Source of the DNA: Chrysomallon squamiferum
Taxonomy: Eukaryota; Animalia; Mollusca
Reading direction: 5' to 3'
DNA length: 64,000 nt
Assembly (NCBI GenBank): GCA_012295275.1
Contig: CM022671.1
Coordinates: 20,584,001 to 20,648,000, forward strand
The notes beneath the pieces are model-generated. The model saw only the letters and a list, made by a program, of their open reading frames with translations, had not been told where the DNA came from and did no database searches. The translations under genes and the position numbers were made by a program. Shown here in pieces: positions 40,239 to 49,883 of this stretch (positions within the stretch are counted from its first letter, which is position 1; each line of letters begins with the position of its first letter).

Positions 40239-40994
40239 CCAGAATTGGACTATTATTGTCGTCTGCTACACATATACAGTGTGAAAAGATTGTTAATAAT
40301 GTATTACACAAGCCCTTATACACAAAAATAACAAAGGCAATAAAAAAATGTTGTTAAATCTCTCAATTATTTAATATGTTAAACAACTTGTTTAACCTCA
40401 GTTATAACTATATTACTAAATACATTATATGCTATACTAAGGGAAACCACTCTGATGTATGAAGCTATACAAATCAAAAACAATTATGTCGATTGAGACC
40501 ATTAACTTACAGCCAAAGTTTATAGTTACTCGCTATTGTGTTTTATTATCCTAATTAAGCTTTTGTTTATTCTTTCAGACTAAAACTACCACAGAAAAGC
40601 AGGTGGTTGCTAGCGTTTAGATTAACAACGTAATCGCAAAAGATTTCTAAGTTTGTAACCATCGTAACGAGCGCTTTAAAATTTAAGTTAACGAGACAAA
40701 TCTTTGGTTGAAGTTACTTTAAATTCCACAAACGATTCAGAAAAGCAGATTTTCCAAAGCAGACGTTTCTTATTTTCTCTATTATTTAATGAGTACTGAC
40801 GGTAAAATTCTTAAAGTTAATAATAATAATATTAATTTTAATAATAACTAGAAAAAGAAGAAGAAGATTATTTTGTATTAAGAATATTTTACGGTTTTAT
40901 TAATTAAATTATTTATTTATTTATTTATTTATTTTTTTGATTACGGAACATTATCGTTCAGTTATAAAAGAACATTTTTCATAAGTATTTGTTA

Positions 40995-41049
<55 letters not shown>

Positions 41050-41587
41050 TTATATAAATATGCTTTTAAATTATTCATTCAAATAACATTTGTCCATCTA
41101 GGCAATCTAGTTACAATTATGGCATCCTGGCGCATTAAATATATTATTATTGTACACCAGAGGTGTAAACGATCAAACAAAAATTAAAATAAAATAAACA
41201 AAAATACAAACGAAAAAACACATGACACACCTTAATTAACGCATTGCTATATAGATCTAAGAAATTAGTTTTATAAACATTTAAGATTCTTTCTCTGCTG
41301 CAGCTCGAACTTAATTCTTTAATACAAAATAAACAAACAAACAAAATGATAAAAATAATACATTTTTTTTTTCTTTTCCTTTACCATATATAAAATCTAT
41401 ACGGCTAGACATCACGTGTTAGATAGATTTTAATACAGGTCTATAACATTATGAGGCAGGCCATTATGAAATTAGAGTACAAATATACATAAACACACAC
41501 ATACACACACATATATAGTACATACATACAAATGAACATACAAGCATACATATAAATATATACATACATAGATATTTATGGACATAA

Positions 41588-41629
<42 letters not shown>

Positions 41630-42678
41630 TGCGTACATACATTCAAAAGTACATACATAAATAAACTAGATTATTGATATAGTATTATCTGCAGTGCTCC
41701 CCGTTCAGTTTAGCCGTTCCTGTCATTTTGCTCTAAGAATCATCTCGGCGTATTTAAAGTGTAGCTTTTGTGAAAATCCAAAAACAAACAAATAAACAAT
41801 AAAAAAAAACAACAAAAACCCCCACAAAAAAACAGCAACCCAAAAACAACATATTTACACAAACACATGCAACAGATACACTCACACACACAGAAAACTA
41901 GTCATGAAGGGGTAAAATAATGGCTTTAATTTTTTTTTTCTTTTTAAAAGAAAATAAAAGATTCGTAACTATTATACTACTTTGATATGAGCGACGAGAG
42001 GACGCTCAAAATAATAAAATAATAACTTGGAAGTAGAAACAATTTTAAAATAAAAGTACTGAAGGTTGTTAACAAACCAAAGATTGTCACCTCTCTGTGT
42101 CCCATAATGTTTATATATTTAGAACAGTCCTTACATGGACATCAGGTGTGTCTGCTGCAACAATACTTTCAATCACCATATAGTGCATGAGGGTTAGTAA
42201 AATGTTGTTATAATTTTGTTTTTTTAACCTTTATCCAACCTCTACCAAAACAAGTGTAACGAGATTGGAGTCGCTGTCGCAGTTGGCTGTTTTAAATTCC
42301 AAATACAAGGCTGCAATTTTATGATTGAAAACGAAAATCATTTAAGGTATTTTAAAATATATATTAATTTATTTAGTTATTTATAATATTATCTGGGATA
42401 GTGAATTATAAATTAAGGTATATGGAAATTAATGCAGATGAAACAGAACGAACGTAAAAAAAAAAAAATAAAAAAAGTTTCTTATATTAAACTTTGAAAT
42501 TATTATATCTGTCTATTTTATCTTGTTAATTTTATAATTATTTCAAATTATTTAATTTATATCACAATAATTTCATCATATACTAATTTCGTCTTTGTCC
42601 GAAATATGATCTTTACTGATATAATCTAATTTTTCACATTTTCAGCGAAATATTTTTCATAAATTGAATTATATCGTT

Positions 42679-44652
42679 ATGGATTTCATTTTGGTGGTTG
42701 TTGTTTTTCTTCTGATGGTGGAAACTAATGCCCAAGGATGGCCTTTATTGGGATCATGCATGCCTTGTCAGTGTTCATTGATAGATAACGACCAGGAACG
42801 AATTAAACACGTTAGTTGTGTGAATCTGAACCTTACCAAAATTCCTTCAAATCTGCCAACAGATCTGGTTGTTCTTGATTTTTCTAACAATAAACTTGAA
42901 TCGAAAAACATACAGGAAATTCGCCGATTCTCATATCTACAATCTCTCTCGCTGGTTAAGAATAAAATCGAAACACTTGACGATTCTCCATTCTCCAAAT
43001 CTTCAATGCTGACATCCATACAGTTTACTGGAAACAATATTACAAGGCTGACGAAATCATCATTTAGTGGATTACGAAACCTGGAGGAACTGTCTGGCCT
43101 CAGAGTAGAAACAGTAGATACAAGAGTTTTTCAGAATCTTCCACGGTTAGCTAAACTGGAGTTGGAATATACATCATCTCAAATACGAAAAGCAATATTT
43201 GATGATCTGTCGATTCACACCTTACGGCTTACTATAGAAAAAGCATCCGACATTCCAGGAAATCTCCTTGCTTTTGGAAGAAACAATCTAAAAACTCTCT
43301 TAATCACTGGGCCGAAATTGTCGTCTTTGCCCGAAGATCTGTTAATGGGACTAAACCTTTTGAGACATGTTTCCTTTAATATGCCTAGTCTTGCTGAATT
43401 ACCCGAAAGGATATTCAGAAAATTCATGTTAAGTAATCTGCGAAGAATAGAGTTATCTTCAATAAAAAATCTTCCTCAAGGTTTATTTAAAGGGCTTGAT
43501 AATCTAATAACCCTTCGGATTAATAAAGCCGAGGAGTTACCGAACCGTCTGTTTGATAGTTTGATTAACCTCCAGTTTCTTGATTTGTCTCAGAGCTTCA
43601 TAAGTCAGGTACCGGCCAATTGGTTCGCAAAGTTGAACAACCTAATACGTCTCAATATCAGTCAAACCAGTCTGAGAAGACTGGAACATGAGAGTTTTAC
43701 GGGTCTAATCCAGCTGAAAACACTGGATATTTCCGGCAATTCGTTGAGATTAATTCCAAAAGATGTATTCACACCTGTTCAGAACACACTGGAAAATCTT
43801 GATCTGAGCGAAAATATTTTGAAAAATATTGAAACTGACGCTTTGGGTGGAATGTTGTCCCTGAAACTTTTGGATCTTAGCGACAACAAAATGTCATCTC
43901 TTCAAAGTGATATGTTCAACGACCTTATACGTTTAAGAGTTTTGAACCTGCAAGAAAATATGTTGTCATCCTTGCCAGAAAAGATATTTCACCATCAGCA
44001 AAGACTTAATGAATTGAATCTCGCTTCAAATTTGTTCCGCAGTTTTCCGCACGCGCTTCTAGAAGTATCAGGCTTACTTCTTAATTTGGATCTTTCCTTC
44101 AACACAATCGATGTCATTGACTACTGCTTAACAGGCATGTTTCCCTTTTTAGAAGTCTTGTCTTTGACTGGCAATCCTCTGGTGTGCGACTGTAACATCC
44201 TAAAAGTCAAAAATATCCGCCCGAGCTTACGTCTTGAAGGTAAATGTGCAAAACCTAAAGAATTGGCAAACCAACGGATAGCTGACGTTGAGTTGACAGA
44301 TAACTGCCATAAAATCAACTGCACAGTGTCGATATCGGCGACGAAAGTACTGCAGGGATATGATGTGGACACTGTTGCTTATTCACAATATGGCATGGGG
44401 TCAGAGTATCTTTTCAGTACAGAATTATATAGCATGGCTTCTCAACTGGTTCATGATGACGATCATTACCAACACTCGCTCCTGGATTCGGGATTTTTTC
44501 TGGAGAAAACTGAATTCAAAGCCATTGTCGGTGGGTTGGGAGGTATCTTCATCATTTGCGCGTTTGGTTTAGGTGTTTATTTGAAAAAAAGACACGATCA
44601 GAAAACCAGGTATGCGGTGTCCCAACTCGATCGGCAAAACTGGGTCGTGTAA
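42679..44652 (+). CDS. LRR type-I transmembrane protein 1 (signal peptide, LRRNT, ~18-20 LRRs, LRRCT, TM, short tail; no TIR), 657 aa
   Basis: Single coding exon after acceptor TTTTCAG (42645); first ATG at 42679. MDFILVVVVFLLMVETNA signal; CMPCQC..C LRRNT; LxxLxLxxN repeats; NPLVCDC..C..C LRRCT; TM AIVGGLGGIFIICAFGLGVYL; tail KKRHDQKTRYAVSQLDRQNWVV*. Confidence 0.93.
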   Translation: MDFILVVVVFLLMVETNAQGWPLLGSCMPCQCSLIDNDQERIKHVSCVNLNLTKIPSNLPTDLVVLDFSNNKLESKNIQEIRRFSYLQSLSLVKNKIETLDDSPFSKSSMLTSIQFTGNNITRLTKSSFSGLRNLEELSGLRVETVDTRVFQNLPRLAKLELEYTSSQIRKAIFDDLSIHTLRLTIEKASDIPGNLLAFGRNNLKTLLITGPKLSSLPEDLLMGLNLLRHVSFNMPSLAELPERIFRKFMLSNLRRIELSSIKNLPQGLFKGLDNLITLRINKAEELPNRLFDSLINLQFLDLSQSFISQVPANWFAKLNNLIRLNISQTSLRRLEHESFTGLIQLKTLDISGNSLRLIPKDVFTPVQNTLENLDLSENILKNIETDALGGMLSLKLLDLSDNKMSSLQSDMFNDLIRLRVLNLQENMLSSLPEKIFHHQQRLNELNLASNLFRSFPHALLEVSGLLLNLDLSFNTIDVIDYCLTGMFPFLEVLSLTGNPLVCDCNILKVKNIRPSLRLEGKCAKPKELANQRIADVELTDNCHKINCTVSISATKVLQGYDVDTVAYSQYGMGSEYLFSTELYSMASQLVHDDDHYQHSLLDSGFFLEKTEFKAIVGGLGGIFIICAFGLGVYLKKRHDQKTRYAVSQLDRQNWVV

Positions 44653-44977
44653 GTGCATAGCGAAATATATTTTAGATTAAATTTTTATTTATATTATACT
44701 CAATTCTTAGTAAATCTTTTTTTAAATTATATTTAAATTTTTTAATTCTAATATTACATTGTCTTCTCCGATTGAATTTCTAAAGGAAATGTGTTTTTAG
44801 TAAATAAATTTATTTAAAAATACTGATTTCGTTATCTATTAATTTGTTCCTACTATAAATAATTTCGTTCGTTATTTTTTATATATATTTTTATAAAGTC
44901 TTGGTCCAGAAATAGGAAAATAATGATATTCAGGTGAAATCCAGTTCCAAATTTACAGTTACAAATCGTCTGGTACC

Positions 44978-45184
44978 CAGAGGCATATCAGTGAAAAATA
45001 GCGCCTAAGGCAAGCAATGAAACTGCAACTCTCCAAACATATGACATCTATCTTTCAGAGAACTTTACCATAAAATCAGTTTTAAAATACCAGTAAAGTT
45101 TAATAGAAAGTGCTCAGCAGCGATCCCCTTCAAATGGCGCACAGAGCCCATGCCACTCTTACAATACTTTGATACACTACTCTG
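44978..45184. mobile_element. Degenerate hAT-like MITE
   Basis: Ends CAGAGGCATATCA / TGATACACTACTCTG are imperfect inverted repeats; near-duplicated flanks GGTACC/TGTACC; internal GCGCC.AAGGCAA and TGGCGC.CAGAGC.CATGCC motifs recall a common invertebrate MITE family. Confidence 0.4.
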
Positions 45185-46260
45185 TGTACCTGTATTACTG
45201 CTAATACTACTAATGCTGCTGCTGTAGAGTGCATGCTGAGCTATCGTAGTTTGTTGGATCATTTATAACAACAATAACAACAACAACAACAACAAAAGAG
45301 AACACAACCAAAACCAAGTAATTATACTTCATTCATTTTTTTCTTTTTATGGATAATATAAACATTAAACCTCTATACACATGCATATACCCAAAATATT
45401 ATTTTTTTAAACAATACAAATAAAAAATTATTAAAAAAAAAGAAAAAAAAAAGAAAAAGATAAGTGTATTTTTGAATTGATACAGTGGATTAAAAAAAAA
45501 CAAAAATCAGTAGCATAGAGTAATTATCATAATTATATTTAATTAAAAAACAACAAATAAAACAAATAACAAGAAAAAAAGTACTATTTCTGTACATTAT
45601 AATGATAATACTGAAATTACAACGAAGAATTACTAAAATAAAATAAATGATTAAAGAACTGTCCCACTAAGTATTTTATCCATTTATGCAATAACCACGT
45701 GACTATGACGTAATTTGGTGACACCATTTTGCCAAGTGGCAGTTACCTTTCCCGTTTCTTGTTCTAATTTTTTAATTCATCATTAGTAAGAAATATCTAA
45801 TCTGTAAAGAAGAAAGTGTCAAATACACGCTGGCAAGAGCAAGTACATGCACAGTTCATTGCAGTAAGTCAGTTATATATCATAAATTATATAATGCGTG
45901 AAAATGAAAAAAAAAAAATTCAATATCAATTATAAATAAGGACAATTTTTATTACTTTTTATTAATGTTGTATGAATTAAAGATGTTTTTTTTTTTTTTT
46001 TTTTTTTTTTTTCTGGAGAGAGAAAGCAATTACTGGATAAAGGAAGATTTAATAAGTTTTATGTTAACTTTAAGTTTTTTTTTAACCCCCCAAAAAGAGA
46101 AAAAATATAAATCGTTGAGAGTAGTTATTAAATAATTAGTTATTCTTACATCAGAAAATAACGATTTAGTCAGAAAAAGCAAAAATTAAAGTTTTGGAAT
46201 TATAAATTTAATTCAGATTTACTCTATAAGGGTAATACAAAAAAAAAAAAAAAAAAGGGA

Positions 46261-46282
46261 ACCGGAAGTAATAGTTTCCCGC
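46261..46282. promoter_or_regulatory. ETS/GABP site (ACCGGAAGT) next to an E2F-like site (TTTCCCGC) upstream of LRR gene 2
   Basis: Two perfect consensus matches 5 bp apart, ~650 bp upstream of the ATG. Confidence 0.4.
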
Positions 46283-46923
46283 GATATTTTAGAAAATTTT
46301 CTCAGAATCCTTCCATTTATAAATAAACTATTTTATTTTAATTAATTATTTACTTATTATTATTTTTTTCTCAAAAAATATTTGTTAGAAGATATTCTTA
46401 TTTTGTAATGATATATGTAAAGAAATCATTTAGAAATATATATCAACTTATTTAAGCAGAAGTTAAATGTTACATAGATAATTTAGAGATAAAAAACATT
46501 GATTTGATTTTATAAAAATAAAAGTACTACAAACGAACACGGCAAAGGAATATTCAAATTCAAAATTTAAATAAAAGCTAAATATAAAAAATGTTGGCAA
46601 AAATGTTGAATACTAATACATGTATTCCATTTTGCAAAGCGTTATGACATTTAGGAAATGAAGGAAAATAACCTACATTCAAAAATTGACCAGTCTGTAG
46701 AGCAAAAGTATTATAACCAATTGAGTTATAATTTAAACATTCTAATTTAAACTTTTAAGCTTTGTTTAACTTGTGTAGATTTAACATTTTCATTATATTT
46801 GAAAATAATTACATATGCGTTTTGAATATATTTTTATTTGATCAAAAATATTAGATCTAATCAGATAATAGTAAAAATTAATTACTTTTTTCCTCAGATG
46901 TTCAAGAAAACTGACCTATAAAA

Positions 46924-49056
46924 ATGATCTGGGATTTGATCATTTTGCTTGTGCCATTTTTCATGGTTAAAGTTAATGCTCAAAAATGGCCTCTTTCAGG
47001 ATCATGTTTGCCTTGTACATGCTTCATAAGCAATACTGGCCAGGAGCGCTTCAGAGTTGTAGACTGTTCCAACCTGCATCTGTCCAGCCTGCCATCGAAC
47101 TTACCCAGAGACATGGATGTTCTTAATTTTTTAAACAACAATCTTAAGTCACACCATATAAATGAAATTAGCAATTATCCATTTCTTCAGTATCTCTCTC
47201 TTGCCTACAATAAGATCACCTCACTGCAAAATTCACCATTCTTTCAATCCAGTTTGATAACTGCGATTGATTTCGTTGGAAACACTATAGATAAACTGAC
47301 AGAAAAGTCACTTGAAGGATTACAGAATTTAAAATCACTTTATGGCTTCAAGGTAACCACTGTTGAACCAAAAGCATTTATTCATCTTAAACAGCTCAGA
47401 GAACTGGAATTAGAAATTGTGGAAGCCGAGATACCTGAAAACATATTTGATGGCCTCATGATATCTGCATTCAATTTTACTGTTCATAAAGCTACTAGAC
47501 TTCCAAAGAAGATTTTTGCCTTTGGGAAAAACAACCTGAAAAATCTTCGTTTTGTAGGTCATCAGATAGAATACTTGGATGAAGATTTGTTGAAAGGACT
47601 GACATTTCTGAAGAAGATCTATCTGCAACTGCCAAAAGTAACTGCTATACCTGAGAGATTATTCAGTAACTACAACTCAAGTGGAACTTCCAGCGATAGC
47701 AAACCTAATAACCTGCAAGATATTCAGTTGTTTGAAATTCAGACTCTTCCATTACAGGTATTCCATGGCCTTGATCATCTTGTTGATCTTGGGATTAGGA
47801 AAGCTGAGGAACTACCAAGAAATCTCTTTAATAATCTGATCAATCTGCAAACATTGGACTTGTCTGAGACTTTTATAAGCAAAATTCCTACTAATTGGTT
47901 TATCAATCTCAATAACCTGGTGTCTCTCAGTCTCAGTGAAACAAGCTTAAGAGGACTTGATTCACAGAGTTTTGTTGGTTTGACACAACTGAAAGCATTA
48001 AATTTATCCTTCAATTCACTTAGATTAATTGGAAAAAATGCTTTCATCCCACTTCGGAACACCTTGGAAGTTCTTGATATAAGTGGAAACATTCTGAAGA
48101 ATATAGAAGCAACAGCTTTGAGTGGAATGTTTTCTCTGAGAATTCTTGATCTCAGTGATAATAAAATGACATCCCTGCCTAATGGTTTATTCATTGATCT
48201 TATTCGTTTAAGCTCTTTAAACATTCAAGAAAACAAATTGTCATTTTTATCAACAGATTTATTTCACAATCAGCAAAGACTAAGCACACTCAATCTGGCA
48301 TCCAATTCTTTTAACATTTTCCCTCCTGCATTGCTTCAAATTTCTGGTTTATTGGTTAATTTGGATTTGTCATTTAATCAAATCCGTGATGTAGGGCACT
48401 GCCTGGCACCCAGATTTGCATTTTTAGAATACTTGAATCTGAGAATGAATCCTCTGCATTGTGACTGCAACATCCTTAAGTTGAAAGACTTCAGAAATGT
48501 ACATATGGAAGGAAAATGCAACAGTCCAGAAGTATTTGCAGATCTAGATATTGTAAATGTAACTACACCAGAAGAGTGCATGAATGAAACTTGTGAAGAT
48601 GACTTAACAGCTTATGGTTTGGAATCATCCTTTTATGGAAATGGTAATGACTCTGAGCTCATCAACTTGACGAGTACCGAGTACACTGCAAGCACAGTTG
48701 ATAATGCATATCAAACATCTGAGTCAGCTAGCCTCTACAGCACTATAACACCAACTGTCCACAAAGATGAAGTTCCTACAGATTCCAATGCTTTGTTCAC
48801 TGCTGATACAAATTCACTGGATTCATTAAATGAAATTATTGCATCAATAAGCAGAGAAAGAGGCAGTCCTGGAGGTTCAGATCCATCAAAGAGTATATTT
48901 GAAAGTATTGAATTCAGAGCAGTTATTGGCACTGTGTCAGGTTTTCTCTTCCTTCTCTTGTTTGCTGTAATAATTTACCTGAAGAGGAAATACGAACGCA
49001 AAAAGAGATTTGTACTTAAACCAAAAAAACGTCCAACCATTGAAGCGAACACTTAA
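46924..49056 (+). CDS. LRR type-I transmembrane protein 2 (paralog of LRR1, with longer S/T-rich stalk; no TIR), 710 aa
   Basis: Single coding exon after acceptor TTCCTCAG (46897); signal peptide; CLPCTC..C; colinear LRRs; NPLHCDC LRRCT; TM AVIGTVSGFLFLLLFAVIIYL; basic tail. AATAAA at 49238-49243. Confidence 0.93.
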   Translation: MIWDLIILLVPFFMVKVNAQKWPLSGSCLPCTCFISNTGQERFRVVDCSNLHLSSLPSNLPRDMDVLNFLNNNLKSHHINEISNYPFLQYLSLAYNKITSLQNSPFFQSSLITAIDFVGNTIDKLTEKSLEGLQNLKSLYGFKVTTVEPKAFIHLKQLRELELEIVEAEIPENIFDGLMISAFNFTVHKATRLPKKIFAFGKNNLKNLRFVGHQIEYLDEDLLKGLTFLKKIYLQLPKVTAIPERLFSNYNSSGTSSDSKPNNLQDIQLFEIQTLPLQVFHGLDHLVDLGIRKAEELPRNLFNNLINLQTLDLSETFISKIPTNWFINLNNLVSLSLSETSLRGLDSQSFVGLTQLKALNLSFNSLRLIGKNAFIPLRNTLEVLDISGNILKNIEATALSGMFSLRILDLSDNKMTSLPNGLFIDLIRLSSLNIQENKLSFLSTDLFHNQQRLSTLNLASNSFNIFPPALLQISGLLVNLDLSFNQIRDVGHCLAPRFAFLEYLNLRMNPLHCDCNILKLKDFRNVHMEGKCNSPEVFADLDIVNVTTPEECMNETCEDDLTAYGLESSFYGNGNDSELINLTSTEYTASTVDNAYQTSESASLYSTITPTVHKDEVPTDSNALFTADTNSLDSLNEIIASISRERGSPGGSDPSKSIFESIEFRAVIGTVSGFLFLLLFAVIIYLKRKYERKKRFVLKPKKRPTIEANT

Positions 49057-49883
49057 TGTGTCTGTCATTTCAACTAAAACAAATCAAAAAAACAATCATC
49101 ATCTTATTTCTTGGTCTGTTCTAATTTTTCCAATAATTATTTTGCAAGTTTGCATGTTTTTGTCTGTGAGAAAAGTTTTAAAGGAGCAAAGATAATAATG
49201 GTTAACAAACACAACTTCAAAATCAGTTTTGTTTTGTAATAAAGTTTTATTCATTAATCTGATGTTTTGTCATGAATATATTTATGTGTGCATTTATCTG
49301 GTGTGTTCTTGTCTTATTTTTGCTTTGTGAACCATCATGATAACTTTAGCATAATTTCATACAAAGCATTTTGTAAATGCTAACACAAGTAAAATTCAAT
49401 AATGACCATGTCAGTAACAATCGAGCATTACCTATATAATTTTGTTTGGTTCATAAATATTTTTTTAACGATTAAAAATAAACAAAAACAAAAAAAAAAC
49501 CAACAAAATACAATCCCTTTCCCCTAAAAAAACAAAGAAAGAAAGAACAATATATAAATACATATTTATTAATGATGTAAATAATTCCAATAATAATGTT
49601 TTGTGAAAAATAAAGTTAGAAAATATAAAAGATGAAATCAATATACATTTTGATGTAGTATGTCGTACTCCTGAAATGAACCCATTTTAGACTTGTCTGT
49701 CTAATGTAAACACGTAAGAACAATGAAATGAAAAATAGACTAATGACTATCTGAAAGACTGAATTAGATTTCCACAATGTTCTAAATTGATTTCATGGTT
49801 AAAATACGCCTTTTCATATTCCAGGCTCTGTTACAGGAATTCTTCACACTCATCTGATATGTTTTCTTTTCTCGTACAGAACA

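Noticed and set aside
42768-48932. - strand and alternate-frame ORFs within the two LRR genes
   Set aside because: Shadow ORFs of Leu-rich coding sequence.
49238-49251. Back-to-back AATAAA/TTTATT as a shared bidirectional polyadenylation site for LRR2 and POGLUT1
   Set aside because: Such hexamers are very common at this AT content, and POGLUT1 has a nearer candidate at 49565-49570.
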